64,000 bases of DNA, from positions 1 to 64,000 of the forward strand of contig JBNJFB010000008.1 in assembly GCA_051746405.1 (NCBI GenBank). Direction: 5' to 3'. Made by a program: the position numbers and the translations under genes. Each line of letters opens with the position of its first letter. The stretch's first letter is position 1. Below the pieces are notes generated by a model. The model saw nothing but the letters and a program-made list of their open reading frames with translations, was not told where the DNA came from and did not search any database. This stretch comes from Campylobacterota bacterium (GTDB lineage Bacteria > Campylobacterota > Campylobacteria > Campylobacterales > Arcobacteraceae). This document shows positions 31,579 to 40,339 of the stretch, piece by piece.

Positions 31579-34155
31579 TTAACTAATTATCTCAACTATT
31601 TTATCATCTTCATAATCAAACTTTACAGTTGAACCCTCTTTTAGTTTATCTTCTAAGATTAAGTCTGCTAGTTTATCTTCTATTATTTCATATATTGCTC
31701 TTTTAAGTGGTCTAGCACCATAAACTGGGTCAAATCCTGCTTTTGCTATATACTCTTTTGCTCTTGTTGTTAACTCTATATTTATATCTTTTTGTTTAAC
31801 TCTTTGTTTGATATTTTCAAATAAGATATCAACTATATTTGTTATTGCTTCTAAATCAAGTTGTTGGAAAATAACAATATCATCTAATCTATTTAAAAAT
31901 TCAGGTTTAAAGTTTACTTTTAACTCATTTAAAACCTCTTTTCTTCTATTCTCTTTATCTTCAATTTCAATAATTTTAGAACTTCCAATATTTGATGTTA
32001 AGATTATAATTGTATTTTTAAAATCAACAGTTACGCCTTTATTATCTGTCAATCTTCCATCATCTAGCACTTGTAATAGTATATTAAATACATCAGTATG
32101 TGCTTTTTCTATCTCATCAAATAGTATTACACTATAAGGTTTTCTTCTAACAGCTTCAGTTAGCTGTCCACCCTCATCATATCCAACATACCCAGGTGCT
32201 GCACCTATTAGTCTTGATACTGCGTGTTTTTCCATATATTCACTCATATCAAACCTAATAAGTGACCTCTCATCATCAAATAAAAACTTAGCTAATGTTT
32301 TCGCACTTTGTGTTTTCCCAACACCTGTTGGACCTAAAAACATAAATGAACCAATAGGTCTGCTCTCATCACTTAAGCCTGCTTTATTTCTTTTTATTGC
32401 TCTACTAATAGCTTTAATAGCCTCATTTTGACCTATTACATCATCTTTTAATACTGACTCAACCTTTAAAACTCTTTGTTTTTCACTATCCATCATCTTA
32501 TTTACAGGAATTCCTGTCCATCTACTAATAATACTAGCAATAGCATCTTCATCTACAGAGTTTCTAAGTAAAGTACCTTCTTCTTGCATTTGTTGCCATT
32601 TTTTTTCATTTTGAGTTATTTTCTCTTCTAGGCTTGGTATCTCACCATACTCTATTGAAGCAGCCTCTTCAAACTTTGATTCTCTTTTAGCTCTTGTGGC
32701 TTTTGTTTTTAGCTCATCGATTTTTGTTTTTAGCTCACTTGTTGTATTAAAAGTATCTTTTTCATTTTGAAATCTAACTTCTAGTGACTGTTTTTTCTCA
32801 TTTAGATTTGCTAACTCTTTTTCAATCTCTTTTAATCTTTGTTCGTTTTTCTTTGATTTTTCCATTTTTAATGCTTCTTTTTCCACATTAACTGTCTGAA
32901 TCTCTCTTTTTACAGTAGATAATGCAATTGGTTCACTCTCAATTTGCATTTTTAATTCAGCTGCTGCTTCATCAATAAGATCAATTGCTTTATCAGGTAG
33001 AAATCTATCAGTTATATATCTATCACTTAACTTTGCAGATGCTACTAAAGCACTATCATTAATAGTTACATTATGGTGTGCTTCTAGTTTCTCTTTTATA
33101 CCTCTTAATATTTGAAGTGCTTCATTTACACTTGGTTCATTTACATTAATAGGTTGAAATCTTCTTTGCATAGCTGCATCTTTTTCAAAATACTTTCTAT
33201 ACTCTTTTAGTGTAGTTGCACCTATTGTATGAAGTTCACCCCTTGCTAAGCTTGGTTTTAAAATATTTGCTGCATCCATACTACCCTCACTAGCACCTGC
33301 ACCAATTATTGTGTGAATTTCATCAATAAAAAGTATTATATTTCCAGCTTTTTTAACCTCATCAATAACTTTTTTTAATCTATCCTCAAACTCACCTCTA
33401 TACTTAGCACCTGCAATTAATGAACTCATATCTAAAGTTACTACTTTTTTAGATGACAAACTTGTTGGTACATCTTTTTCTACAATTCTTTGAGCTAATC
33501 CTTCTGCAATTGCAGTTTTACCAGTTCCTGGCTCTCCTAATAAAATAGGATTATTTTTTGTTTTTCTAATAAGAATTTGCATCATTCTATTTATCTGCTC
33601 ATCCCTGCCAATAACTGGGTCTAACTCTCCATCAATCGCTTTTTGATTTAAGTCAATTCCATATTTTTTAAGTGAATCAAGATTTTCATCACTTGTGGCA
33701 CTGTCGATTTTAGAACCACCTCTCATACTCTCTAGCTCTTTTTTTAACTCTTGTAAATCAATATATTTACCCAATGCTTCTTTTATATACTTAGAGTCTA
33801 GATTTGCTAATAGCCATGTATCCACAGCAATGAAACTATCTCCCATTTTTATCATTAACCCATGGGCTTTTTCTAAGCTTTGAGCGAAATCTTTTGATAA
33901 TTTTATATTCTCTTTAGAAATATTTGATACAGCTGGAAGTTTTGAAGCTAATGACTTAGACTCAAGTTCACATGCTGTTTTATCTATTGATTTTTTGTTT
34001 AATAACTGATTTAATACAGAGTTTGTATTTGTTAATAATGCCCACACTAAGTGTATAATCTCCACTTCTTGGTTTTTATTATGTAAGCTTAGTGATACAG
34101 CTGATTCTATTGTCTCATGTAATTGATTTGTTAATTTTTCTAATATATTATTCAT
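31579..34155 (-). CDS. clpB: ATP-dependent disaggregase ClpB
   Basis: Two AAA+ modules ([16 protein letters not shown]), coiled-coil M domain, GARPLKR. Confidence 0.97.
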   Translation of the reverse strand: MNNILEKLTNQLHETIESAVSLSLHNKNQEVEIIHLVWALLTNTNSVLNQLLNKKSIDKTACELESKSLASKLPAVSNISKENIKLSKDFAQSLEKAHGLMIKMGDSFIAVDTWLLANLDSKYIKEALGKYIDLQELKKELESMRGGSKIDSATSDENLDSLKKYGIDLNQKAIDGELDPVIGRDEQINRMMQILIRKTKNNPILLGEPGTGKTAIAEGLAQRIVEKDVPTSLSSKKVVTLDMSSLIAGAKYRGEFEDRLKKVIDEVKKAGNIILFIDEIHTIIGAGASEGSMDAANILKPSLARGELHTIGATTLKEYRKYFEKDAAMQRRFQPINVNEPSVNEALQILRGIKEKLEAHHNVTINDSALVASAKLSDRYITDRFLPDKAIDLIDEAAAELKMQIESEPIALSTVKREIQTVNVEKEALKMEKSKKNEQRLKEIEKELANLNEKKQSLEVRFQNEKDTFNTTSELKTKIDELKTKATRAKRESKFEEAASIEYGEIPSLEEKITQNEKKWQQMQEEGTLLRNSVDEDAIASIISRWTGIPVNKMMDSEKQRVLKVESVLKDDVIGQNEAIKAISRAIKRNKAGLSDESRPIGSFMFLGPTGVGKTQSAKTLAKFLFDDERSLIRFDMSEYMEKHAVSRLIGAAPGYVGYDEGGQLTEAVRRKPYSVILFDEIEKAHTDVFNILLQVLDDGRLTDNKGVTVDFKNTIIILTSNIGSSKIIEIEDKENRRKEVLNELKVNFKPEFLNRLDDIVIFQQLDLEAITNIVDILFENIKQRVKQKDINIELTTRAKEYIAKAGFDPVYGARPLKRAIYEIIEDKLADLILEDKLKEGSTVKFDYEDDKIVEIIS

Positions 34156-34186
34156 TTAGCACTCCTTTAGTTTAACTGCTAAAATA

Positions 34187-34217
34187 ATTATAGCAACTTG
34201 AGTAGACAATTGTCAAG
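34187..34217 (-). promoter_or_regulatory. clpB promoter with overlapping HspR-type HAIR operator
   Basis: Minus strand TTGACA-18 nt-TATAAT with extended TGn; CTTGAGT-N7-TGTCAAG at 34197-34217 vs HAIR consensus CTTGAGT-N7-ACTCAAG. Confidence 0.75.
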
Positions 34218-34339
34218 TTATTTTAATAAGAAACTCTTCTTTTCTAGTTTTTCCATAACACACATCACAATAAATTTAATAAAATGTATGTTCAGTAAAT
34301 ATTTATCATAAAAAAATATTTAATACTAAATTAAATCCA

Positions 34340-34355
34340 AATATAGTACTATATT
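34340..34355 (+). promoter_or_regulatory. 16-bp perfect palindrome containing a TACTAT -10; putative antitoxin autoregulatory operator
   Basis: AATATAGTACTATATT, 28 nt upstream of the antitoxin ATG. Confidence 0.6.
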
Positions 34356-34383
34356 AAAACAATATCTTAAAAAGGTTGCACCT

Positions 34384-34656
34384 ATGCATTTAAGTCAAAA
34401 CATAAAACCAATTAGCTATTTAAAATCAAAGACAGCTGATGTAATAAACAATGTAAATGAAAATCAACAATCAATTATTATCACACAAAATGGTGAGGCT
34501 AAAGCAGTTGTTCAAGATATTAAGAGCTATGAAAATATGCAAAATTCATTAAATTTATTAAAGTTAATTGTTCAAAGTGAGAATGATATTGAAAACAATC
34601 ATATTATTAGTCAAGAAAATATGTTTAATAATTTAGAAAAAAAACTCTTTGGATAA
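34384..34656 (+). CDS. Type II antitoxin, Phd/YefM family
   Basis: IKPISYLK, IITQNGEAKAVV; 90 aa upstream of toxin. Confidence 0.9.
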   Translation: MHLSQNIKPISYLKSKTADVINNVNENQQSIIITQNGEAKAVVQDIKSYENMQNSLNLLKLIVQSENDIENNHIISQENMFNNLEKKLFG

Positions 34657-34662
34657 TTTTCA

Positions 34663-34992
34663 ATGAAAAACTTTGAAGTTATCTGGACAAAAAGTGCTGA
34701 ATTTGATTTGGAATCAATTATTGAATATATTAAAACAGATAGTATAGAAACAGCAAAAAAAATATTTTTTGCTATAAAGAAAGAGTGTAATAATTTGTAT
34801 TACTTTTCCCAGAGAAAAAGAGTTGTGCCAGAACTTCAACAAATTGGAATTTTAAAGTATAGAGAAGTTATTTTCCAAAGATGGAGAATAATATATAAAA
34901 TTGAAAATGAAAAAGTATATATTTTATTAATGGCAGATTCAAGTAGAAATTTAGAAGATATTTTATTTCAACGATTGATCCATCGAATTTAA
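34663..34992 (+). CDS. Type II toxin, RelE/ParE superfamily
   Basis: VIWTKSAEFDLESI, RVVPEL, YREVI..WRIIY. Confidence 0.88.
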   Translation: MKNFEVIWTKSAEFDLESIIEYIKTDSIETAKKIFFAIKKECNNLYYFSQRKRVVPELQQIGILKYREVIFQRWRIIYKIENEKVYILLMADSSRNLEDILFQRLIHRI

Positions 34993-35028
34993 ATTAAATT
35001 GATAAAAGTTTTTAGGAGTTTAAGAAAT

Positions 35029-35607
35029 ATGAAAAAACTGTGTGGTATTGATGAGGCAGGAAGGGGTCCTATTGCAGGTCCATTAGTAGTAGCAGGAGCT
35101 ATTATAATAAATAGTATAGAGCAGTTAAATGACTCCAAAAAACTAACTGCTAAAAAAAGAGAAAAACTATTTGAAGAGATTAAAAGTAATACAAAATATC
35201 ATATTGTATTTAAAAGTGCAAAACAGATAGATGAGTTAGGATTAAGCAAGTGCTTAAAAGATTCTATTGAAGAGATTATGTCAACTTTAAAAAATGACTG
35301 TGAAGATTTTTTGATGGATGGTAATACTTCTTTTGGAATACAAAATCTTAAATCTAAGATTAAAGCAGATGCAACTATAAAAGAAGTAAGTGCAGCTTCA
35401 ATTCTAGCAAAAGTAAGTAGGGATAACTTTATGTGTGAAATTTCAAAAGAGTATAAAAACTATGATTTTGAAAAACATAAAGGATATGGTACTAAAGCTC
35501 ACATAGAAAAAATAAAAGAGTTTGGTAGAAGTAATCAACATAGATACAGTTTTAAGCTAAAGGCTTTGGGTGAATATAAACAGGATATCCAAAAAACTCT
35601 ATTTTAG
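35029..35607 (+). CDS. rnhB: Ribonuclease HII
   Basis: GIDEAGRG, DSKKL, SAASILAKV.RD, HKGYGT; ATG at 35029 preferred over track TTG 34999. Confidence 0.96.
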   Translation: MKKLCGIDEAGRGPIAGPLVVAGAIIINSIEQLNDSKKLTAKKREKLFEEIKSNTKYHIVFKSAKQIDELGLSKCLKDSIEEIMSTLKNDCEDFLMDGNTSFGIQNLKSKIKADATIKEVSAASILAKVSRDNFMCEISKEYKNYDFEKHKGYGTKAHIEKIKEFGRSNQHRYSFKLKALGEYKQDIQKTLF

Positions 35608-35687
35608 ATTTTTAAAATCTATCTTAATAAATAAGTTTTAAAAGATAGTTTGATAAGATATCATATATAATTAAAGGAGAGAATAAA

Positions 35688-36026
35688 ATGCAAATAGATG
35701 TATCTGCAGAAGTAATACTATCACAATTAGGATATGCAAAGAGTGAAAGCTCACTAAAACAAGCTGAGAAAATGATTGATGTAACAAAAAACTTTGATAA
35801 GTTTGCCAAACATCTTTTTTCTTTAAATGACCACTTAAAGAAAATGAATGCATATGTTGGATTATCAAATAAAACGGACTATTTAAAGATAAAATGTGAT
35901 GAAAATGATGCGAAAGAGATTTTAGAAGAGTTTCACGAAGAGGTTAAGCACTGGGCTGACAAATATCATGTGGAGCTTAAAAAATTAGATAATAAACCTA
36001 TTTATTATATACTAGGAACAAACTAA
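35688..36026 (+). CDS. Hypothetical cytoplasmic protein (112 aa)
   Basis: Good SD (AAGGAG) and ATG; no family recognised with certainty. Confidence 0.7.
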   Translation: MQIDVSAEVILSQLGYAKSESSLKQAEKMIDVTKNFDKFAKHLFSLNDHLKKMNAYVGLSNKTDYLKIKCDENDAKEILEEFHEEVKHWADKYHVELKKLDNKPIYYILGTN

Positions 36027-36040
36027 AATCTACATCTAAA

Positions 36041-36069
36041 TATAAAAGCACTTTTTTGTGCTTTGTATA
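36041..36069 (+). terminator. Hairpin after hypothetical gene
   Basis: TATAAAAGCAC-tttttt-GTGCTTTGTATA. Confidence 0.45.
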
Positions 36070-36092
36070 GCACTAATAAAAAAGGCTGACTT

Positions 36093-38084
36093 TTGAAAAA
36101 CAGTTTTAAAACTCTTTTAAAAACTATAAATAATCAGCAGATGCACGTAATTGACAAAATCACTTCTATAATAAGTTTTATAAGACCTGAAAATAGTGAT
36201 GATAAAGAGTGTGTATTAAATGATATGGATACAATCATAAAATTTTTCAAAAAAAATAAAAAAATAGCATCATGGGTTTCAGATGAGATAAATCAACTAT
36301 TTATTGAATCAAAAATATCAAATAATATTTCTAATTTAAGTATCTTATCTAGTTATGGATTCAAGCATGAAATACATGAAAGATTTTATGATAAGTTTCT
36401 GCCAAAACCACCTCAAAAAGGTGACTTAGAGTATATATTCTCTACTATTTTTTATAAAAAAAATGATTATGTTTGGGTTAGTAATATTGATGATGAAAAA
36501 TGGATAGAGTTTTTTTCATCACTATTTTCAGATACAAAACATACCCAAAAAACAAAAAACCATCTTTTTAGTGAGCTACTATATGCAGCTGAGATTTTAT
36601 CAATATGGATTGCATCTTTTGAGTTTAATAATAATTTTATTCGTTTGGATAAAACTCTTTTAAGTAGTGACTCTGCATTTATCAGCTTACAAAGAGATAT
36701 TAGTGATTTAATTCATAAAATTCAAGAAGACAATATTGACTTATACTCAACAAAACTTGACTTTGAGCATATTGAAGTTTTGATTCATCAATGTAATAAA
36801 CAAGTTAGTAAACTCAAAGATAAATCTGTCAAATATGGTATATCAATAAATCTAACCTATGAACTTGAACGTTTAACTCAAATAATAGAAAGACTTGAAG
36901 ATGTATTAGAACTTATTAAAAACTTTGATACTAATAAGTCTTATTTAGCATTTGTTGAACTATTTAAAGAGTCAGTAAAGAAAATAGCCACAAAAAACTC
37001 ATTATATGAAGTCTATCAACAAAGTAGTCGTATAGTCGCTAAAAGTATCACTAATAATACAGGTGAACATGGTGAAAAATATATTACAAACAATACAAAA
37101 GAGTACATCTTAATGTTTTTAAGTGCAGCTGGTGCTGGAGTTTTAATAGCAATAATGGCACTTATAAAAATAAATATTATACAAGCTGAATTTTCACAGG
37201 GAATTGAAACTCTATTAAGCAGCTTAAATTATGGATTTGGTTTTGTGATAATTCATCTTTTAGGACTTACAGTTGCTACAAAGCAGCCTGCTATGACAGC
37301 TTCTACCTTTGCACAAGCCATTGAAAAAGAGGATAAAAATAGAAGAAAAGTCAATCAAAAAAAGCTTATTGGCTTAATTTTTCAAGTAAGTCGTTCACAG
37401 TTTGCTGCTGTTCTTGGAAATGTAACCCTTGCACTGCTTGTAGCATTTGTTATTGCATATTTTATAATAAACAACGGCAGTGCAGTTTTAAACTCCCAAG
37501 AAACTGCTTATTATTTAAAAGGACTTGAGCCTTATAGTGCCCTATTTTTTGCATCTATTGCAGGTATTTGGTTATTTTGTTCGGGACTTATTGCAGGATA
37601 TTATGATAATCGTGCTGATTTATTAGAACTAAATAGAAGATATTACCATCATCCACTATTAAAAAAAGCATTAGGTAATACAAAAAGAGAAAAGTTAGCA
37701 AACTACTTACATGAACATCATGGTGCAATAGCTGGAAACTTTTTCTTTGGGATACTTCTAGGTATAACACCATTTATAGGGTATTTACTTGATTTACCAC
37801 TTGATATACGTCATGTGGCATTTTCTACAGCATACCTTGGTTATGCTTCAATGCATACAGAGTTTTTATTTAATGATTTTTTATTCTATTTAATGTGTGT
37901 ACTTTTAATAGGTTTAGTTAATCTAACTATTAGTTTTATACTTGCGTTAAAAGTCTCTTTGGTATCTCAAGAGACAAACTTTGGAAATCTTTTTTCATTT
38001 TTAAAACTTCTACTTATAGAGATTTTAAAAAGACCTCACCACTTTATCTTTCCTTTTAATTATAAAAATCATAAGAGAAAGTAA
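36093..38084 (+). CDS. Gcr-family ('site-specific recombinase'-annotated) polytopic membrane protein
   Basis: GEHGEKYIT, SLNYG.GF, TVATKQPAMTA, SRSQFAAVLGNV, GLIAGYYDN, LPLDIRHVAFS motifs; helical N-terminal domain plus several C-terminal TMs. Confidence 0.8.
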   Translation: MKNSFKTLLKTINNQQMHVIDKITSIISFIRPENSDDKECVLNDMDTIIKFFKKNKKIASWVSDEINQLFIESKISNNISNLSILSSYGFKHEIHERFYDKFLPKPPQKGDLEYIFSTIFYKKNDYVWVSNIDDEKWIEFFSSLFSDTKHTQKTKNHLFSELLYAAEILSIWIASFEFNNNFIRLDKTLLSSDSAFISLQRDISDLIHKIQEDNIDLYSTKLDFEHIEVLIHQCNKQVSKLKDKSVKYGISINLTYELERLTQIIERLEDVLELIKNFDTNKSYLAFVELFKESVKKIATKNSLYEVYQQSSRIVAKSITNNTGEHGEKYITNNTKEYILMFLSAAGAGVLIAIMALIKINIIQAEFSQGIETLLSSLNYGFGFVIIHLLGLTVATKQPAMTASTFAQAIEKEDKNRRKVNQKKLIGLIFQVSRSQFAAVLGNVTLALLVAFVIAYFIINNGSAVLNSQETAYYLKGLEPYSALFFASIAGIWLFCSGLIAGYYDNRADLLELNRRYYHHPLLKKALGNTKREKLANYLHEHHGAIAGNFFFGILLGITPFIGYLLDLPLDIRHVAFSTAYLGYASMHTEFLFNDFLFYLMCVLLIGLVNLTISFILALKVSLVSQETNFGNLFSFLKLLLIEILKRPHHFIFPFNYKNHKRK

Positions 38085-38101
38085 ATAAACTTTCTCTTTT
38101 T
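38073..38101 (+). terminator. Hairpin overlapping the Gcr-family stop codon
   Basis: AAGAGAAAGT-aaataa-ACTTTCTCTT followed by TTT. Confidence 0.6.
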
Positions 38102-38219
38102 AGAATATTTCTTTTTTAAATAAGAAATATTTTATAAAACTATGTTATTATTATCAAAAGTAGTTTTTAATTACTTTAAAATAGAGTTTAAAATTAATAT
38201 AAATTAAAAGGAAATAATT

Positions 38220-38591
38220 ATGGCACATGAAGGATTTCACGAAGACCCAAAAGAGCTTTCAAGCTTTGCAAAAGATTACCATAGAATGATAGAAAGTACA
38301 ATGGAAGAGCTTGAAGCAGTTGATTGGTATAACCAAAGAGCTGAGTGTGCAACAGACCCAGAAGCAAAAGCTATTATGGAACACAATAGAGATGAAGAGA
38401 TTGAGCATGCTTGTATGGGAATAGAGTGGCTTAGAAAAAACTCACCTGTATGGGACGAAATGCTAAGAGAGTTTCTATTTAAAGATGGTGACATAGTAGG
38501 AAATGAAGAAGCGATGACGGGAAATGAGTCAAAAGAACAAAGCGTAGATGCTACAGACTCAACACTAAATATTGGAAATAATAAAAAATAA
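38220..38591 (+). CDS. Encapsulated ferritin-like protein (Flp/EncFtn), encapsulin cargo
   Basis: EELEAVDWYNQRA...HNRDEEIEHA ferroxidase half-site, EWLR, acidic linker and C-terminal targeting-peptide-like TLNIGNNKK. Confidence 0.92.
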   Translation: MAHEGFHEDPKELSSFAKDYHRMIESTMEELEAVDWYNQRAECATDPEAKAIMEHNRDEEIEHACMGIEWLRKNSPVWDEMLREFLFKDGDIVGNEEAMTGNESKEQSVDATDSTLNIGNNKK

Positions 38592-38602
38592 GGAGTTTAT
38601 TA

Positions 38603-39406
38603 ATGGAATTTTTAAATAGAGTAAATGCACCATTTGGTAGTGCAGTATGGAATGAAATAGATTCAACACTAAATGAATTTTTAACAAAAAGATTAAATAT
38701 TAGAAGTGTAATAGATTTTAATGAAAACTATGATTATAATGATGATGCAATCTCAACAAAAGCTATAACAGAAGTATCAAATAAAAAAGGACTTAGCATC
38801 TCAACAAGAGAGCCTATAAAAATGTTAGAGATTAAAAAAAGCTTTACAGTACCTAAAACTGTTATTGAAGATATAAAAAGAGGTATTGAAGATTATGATG
38901 ACTCAACACTTGCAGATGCTGCAAATGAGTTTGCTACAGTTGAAAATGATATGGTATTAAATGGACTTTCAGAAGCAAACATCAAAGGTATTATTTCAAA
39001 TAAAGAAGTACCAAATATTAATATTTCTTCATCAAAAGAGATTTTAAGTGGTGTTGCTAAATCACTTGGAGTATTTAATAAAAACTTTGTTGATGGTAAA
39101 TTTAAATTAATTATATCAAATAACACACTAGCTTCTTTATATACTCAATTTTTTGATGGAATAAGTGTAAAAACTAAAATTGATGATATCTTAGGTGCTG
39201 GAAACATTGTAGTAAATAAAGATATAGGCGATAAAAAAGCACTATTAGTTTCACAAAGAGGTGGCGATTTTGAACTATTTAGTGGTCTTGATGTATCATT
39301 AGGATTTGAAAAAGAGAACAAAGACAATATTGAGCTATTTTTAATGCAAACTTGTGCATTTAGAGTTGTAGGACCTGAGGGTGCTGTTATTTTAAATATA
39401 AAATAA
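38603..39406 (+). CDS. Family 1 encapsulin shell protein (Linocin M18, HK97 fold)
   Basis: MEFLNR..APF....W.EID N-terminus; END.V.NG; SQRGGDFEL..G.DVSLGF; FRVVGPEG C-terminus; 267 aa, 11 nt after the cargo gene. Confidence 0.92.
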   Translation: MEFLNRVNAPFGSAVWNEIDSTLNEFLTKRLNIRSVIDFNENYDYNDDAISTKAITEVSNKKGLSISTREPIKMLEIKKSFTVPKTVIEDIKRGIEDYDDSTLADAANEFATVENDMVLNGLSEANIKGIISNKEVPNINISSSKEILSGVAKSLGVFNKNFVDGKFKLIISNNTLASLYTQFFDGISVKTKIDDILGAGNIVVNKDIGDKKALLVSQRGGDFELFSGLDVSLGFEKENKDNIELFLMQTCAFRVVGPEGAVILNIK

Positions 39407-39424
39407 TCAGATTTAAAATAGCTA

Positions 39425-39453
39425 CATTTTGGATGAGTTTATCATCCAAAATG
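39425..39453. terminator. 12-bp-stem hairpin between convergent encapsulin and msrBA genes
   Basis: CATTTTGGATGA-gttta-TCATCCAAAATG. Confidence 0.65.
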
Positions 39454-39485
39454 GCAAAGCATATATCTTAACTATCTAATAAATA

Positions 39486-40331
39486 CTAATCAAAAATCTT
39501 TTTATAATTATGACAGTAAGGTAACTTATTGTGTTTTTCATAATAGTCTTGATGATACTGCTCAGCTTCATAAAAAGGTACTTTTTCATAGAGTCTAGTT
39601 GCAACTTTATATCCCAATGAGTTTAGCTTATTTATAAGCTGTTCACATATATTTTTCTCTTTTGTATTACTATAATATATTGCAGATAGATATTGACTTC
39701 CTATATCAGGACCTTGACCATTCGTTTGAGTAAAATCATGTATTTCAAAAAATAACTTAACTAATGCTTCATAAGATATAATATCTTCATCATATTCAAC
39801 TTTTACAGCTTCTAGATGACCTGTTGAGCCCGTACAAACAGCTTCATAATAAGCACTTTTTTCATCACCACCCATATATCCAGAAACAGCCTTTATAACA
39901 CCTTTTTGTTTTTGAAAAAAGTACTCAACACCCCAAAAACAACCACCTGCAAAATATGCACTCTTTATACTCTTATCTTTTTTTTCAAAACTAAGTGAGA
40001 TAGAGTTTACACAATGTCTTGTATTCTTAGGAGTGAAACCCTCACCTTCAAATACATGTCCTAAGTGACCACCACAATTTGCACACACAATCTCTACTCT
40101 TCTTCCATCTGCATCAGGTTCTTTTTTTATAGCACCTTGTATTTCATCATCAAAACTTGGCCAGCCACAACCTGAGCTAAACTTATCATCAGATTTATAT
40201 AAAGCAGTATTACACTTTTTACATCTATAAATACCCTCTTCATAGAAGTCATTATATTTACCAATAAAAGGTGCTTGTGTACCTTTATTTTCAATTACTC
40301 TTTTCTCTTCATCAGTTAATTTATTGTACAT
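39486..40331 (-). CDS. msrAB: Bifunctional methionine sulfoxide reductase MsrB-MsrA fusion
   Basis: MsrB: CKKC, GCGWPSF, CANC..HLGHVF, RHCVNS; MsrA: GGCFWG, AEQYHQDY. Confidence 0.95.
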   Translation of the reverse strand: MYNKLTDEEKRVIENKGTQAPFIGKYNDFYEEGIYRCKKCNTALYKSDDKFSSGCGWPSFDDEIQGAIKKEPDADGRRVEIVCANCGGHLGHVFEGEGFTPKNTRHCVNSISLSFEKKDKSIKSAYFAGGCFWGVEYFFQKQKGVIKAVSGYMGGDEKSAYYEAVCTGSTGHLEAVKVEYDEDIISYEALVKLFFEIHDFTQTNGQGPDIGSQYLSAIYYSNTKEKNICEQLINKLNSLGYKVATRLYEKVPFYEAEQYHQDYYEKHNKLPYCHNYKKIFD

Positions 40332-40339
40332 AGTATTTC

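Noticed and set aside
34384..34992. TA pair as an integron cassette
   Set aside because: No attC-like RYYYAAC...GTTRRRY structure or integrase visible
36093..39453. Gcr 'recombinase' plus HK97-fold gene as a prophage or integrative element
   Set aside because: No terminase, portal, tail or integrase motifs and no att repeats; the shell is paired with a ferritin cargo, i.e. an encapsulin
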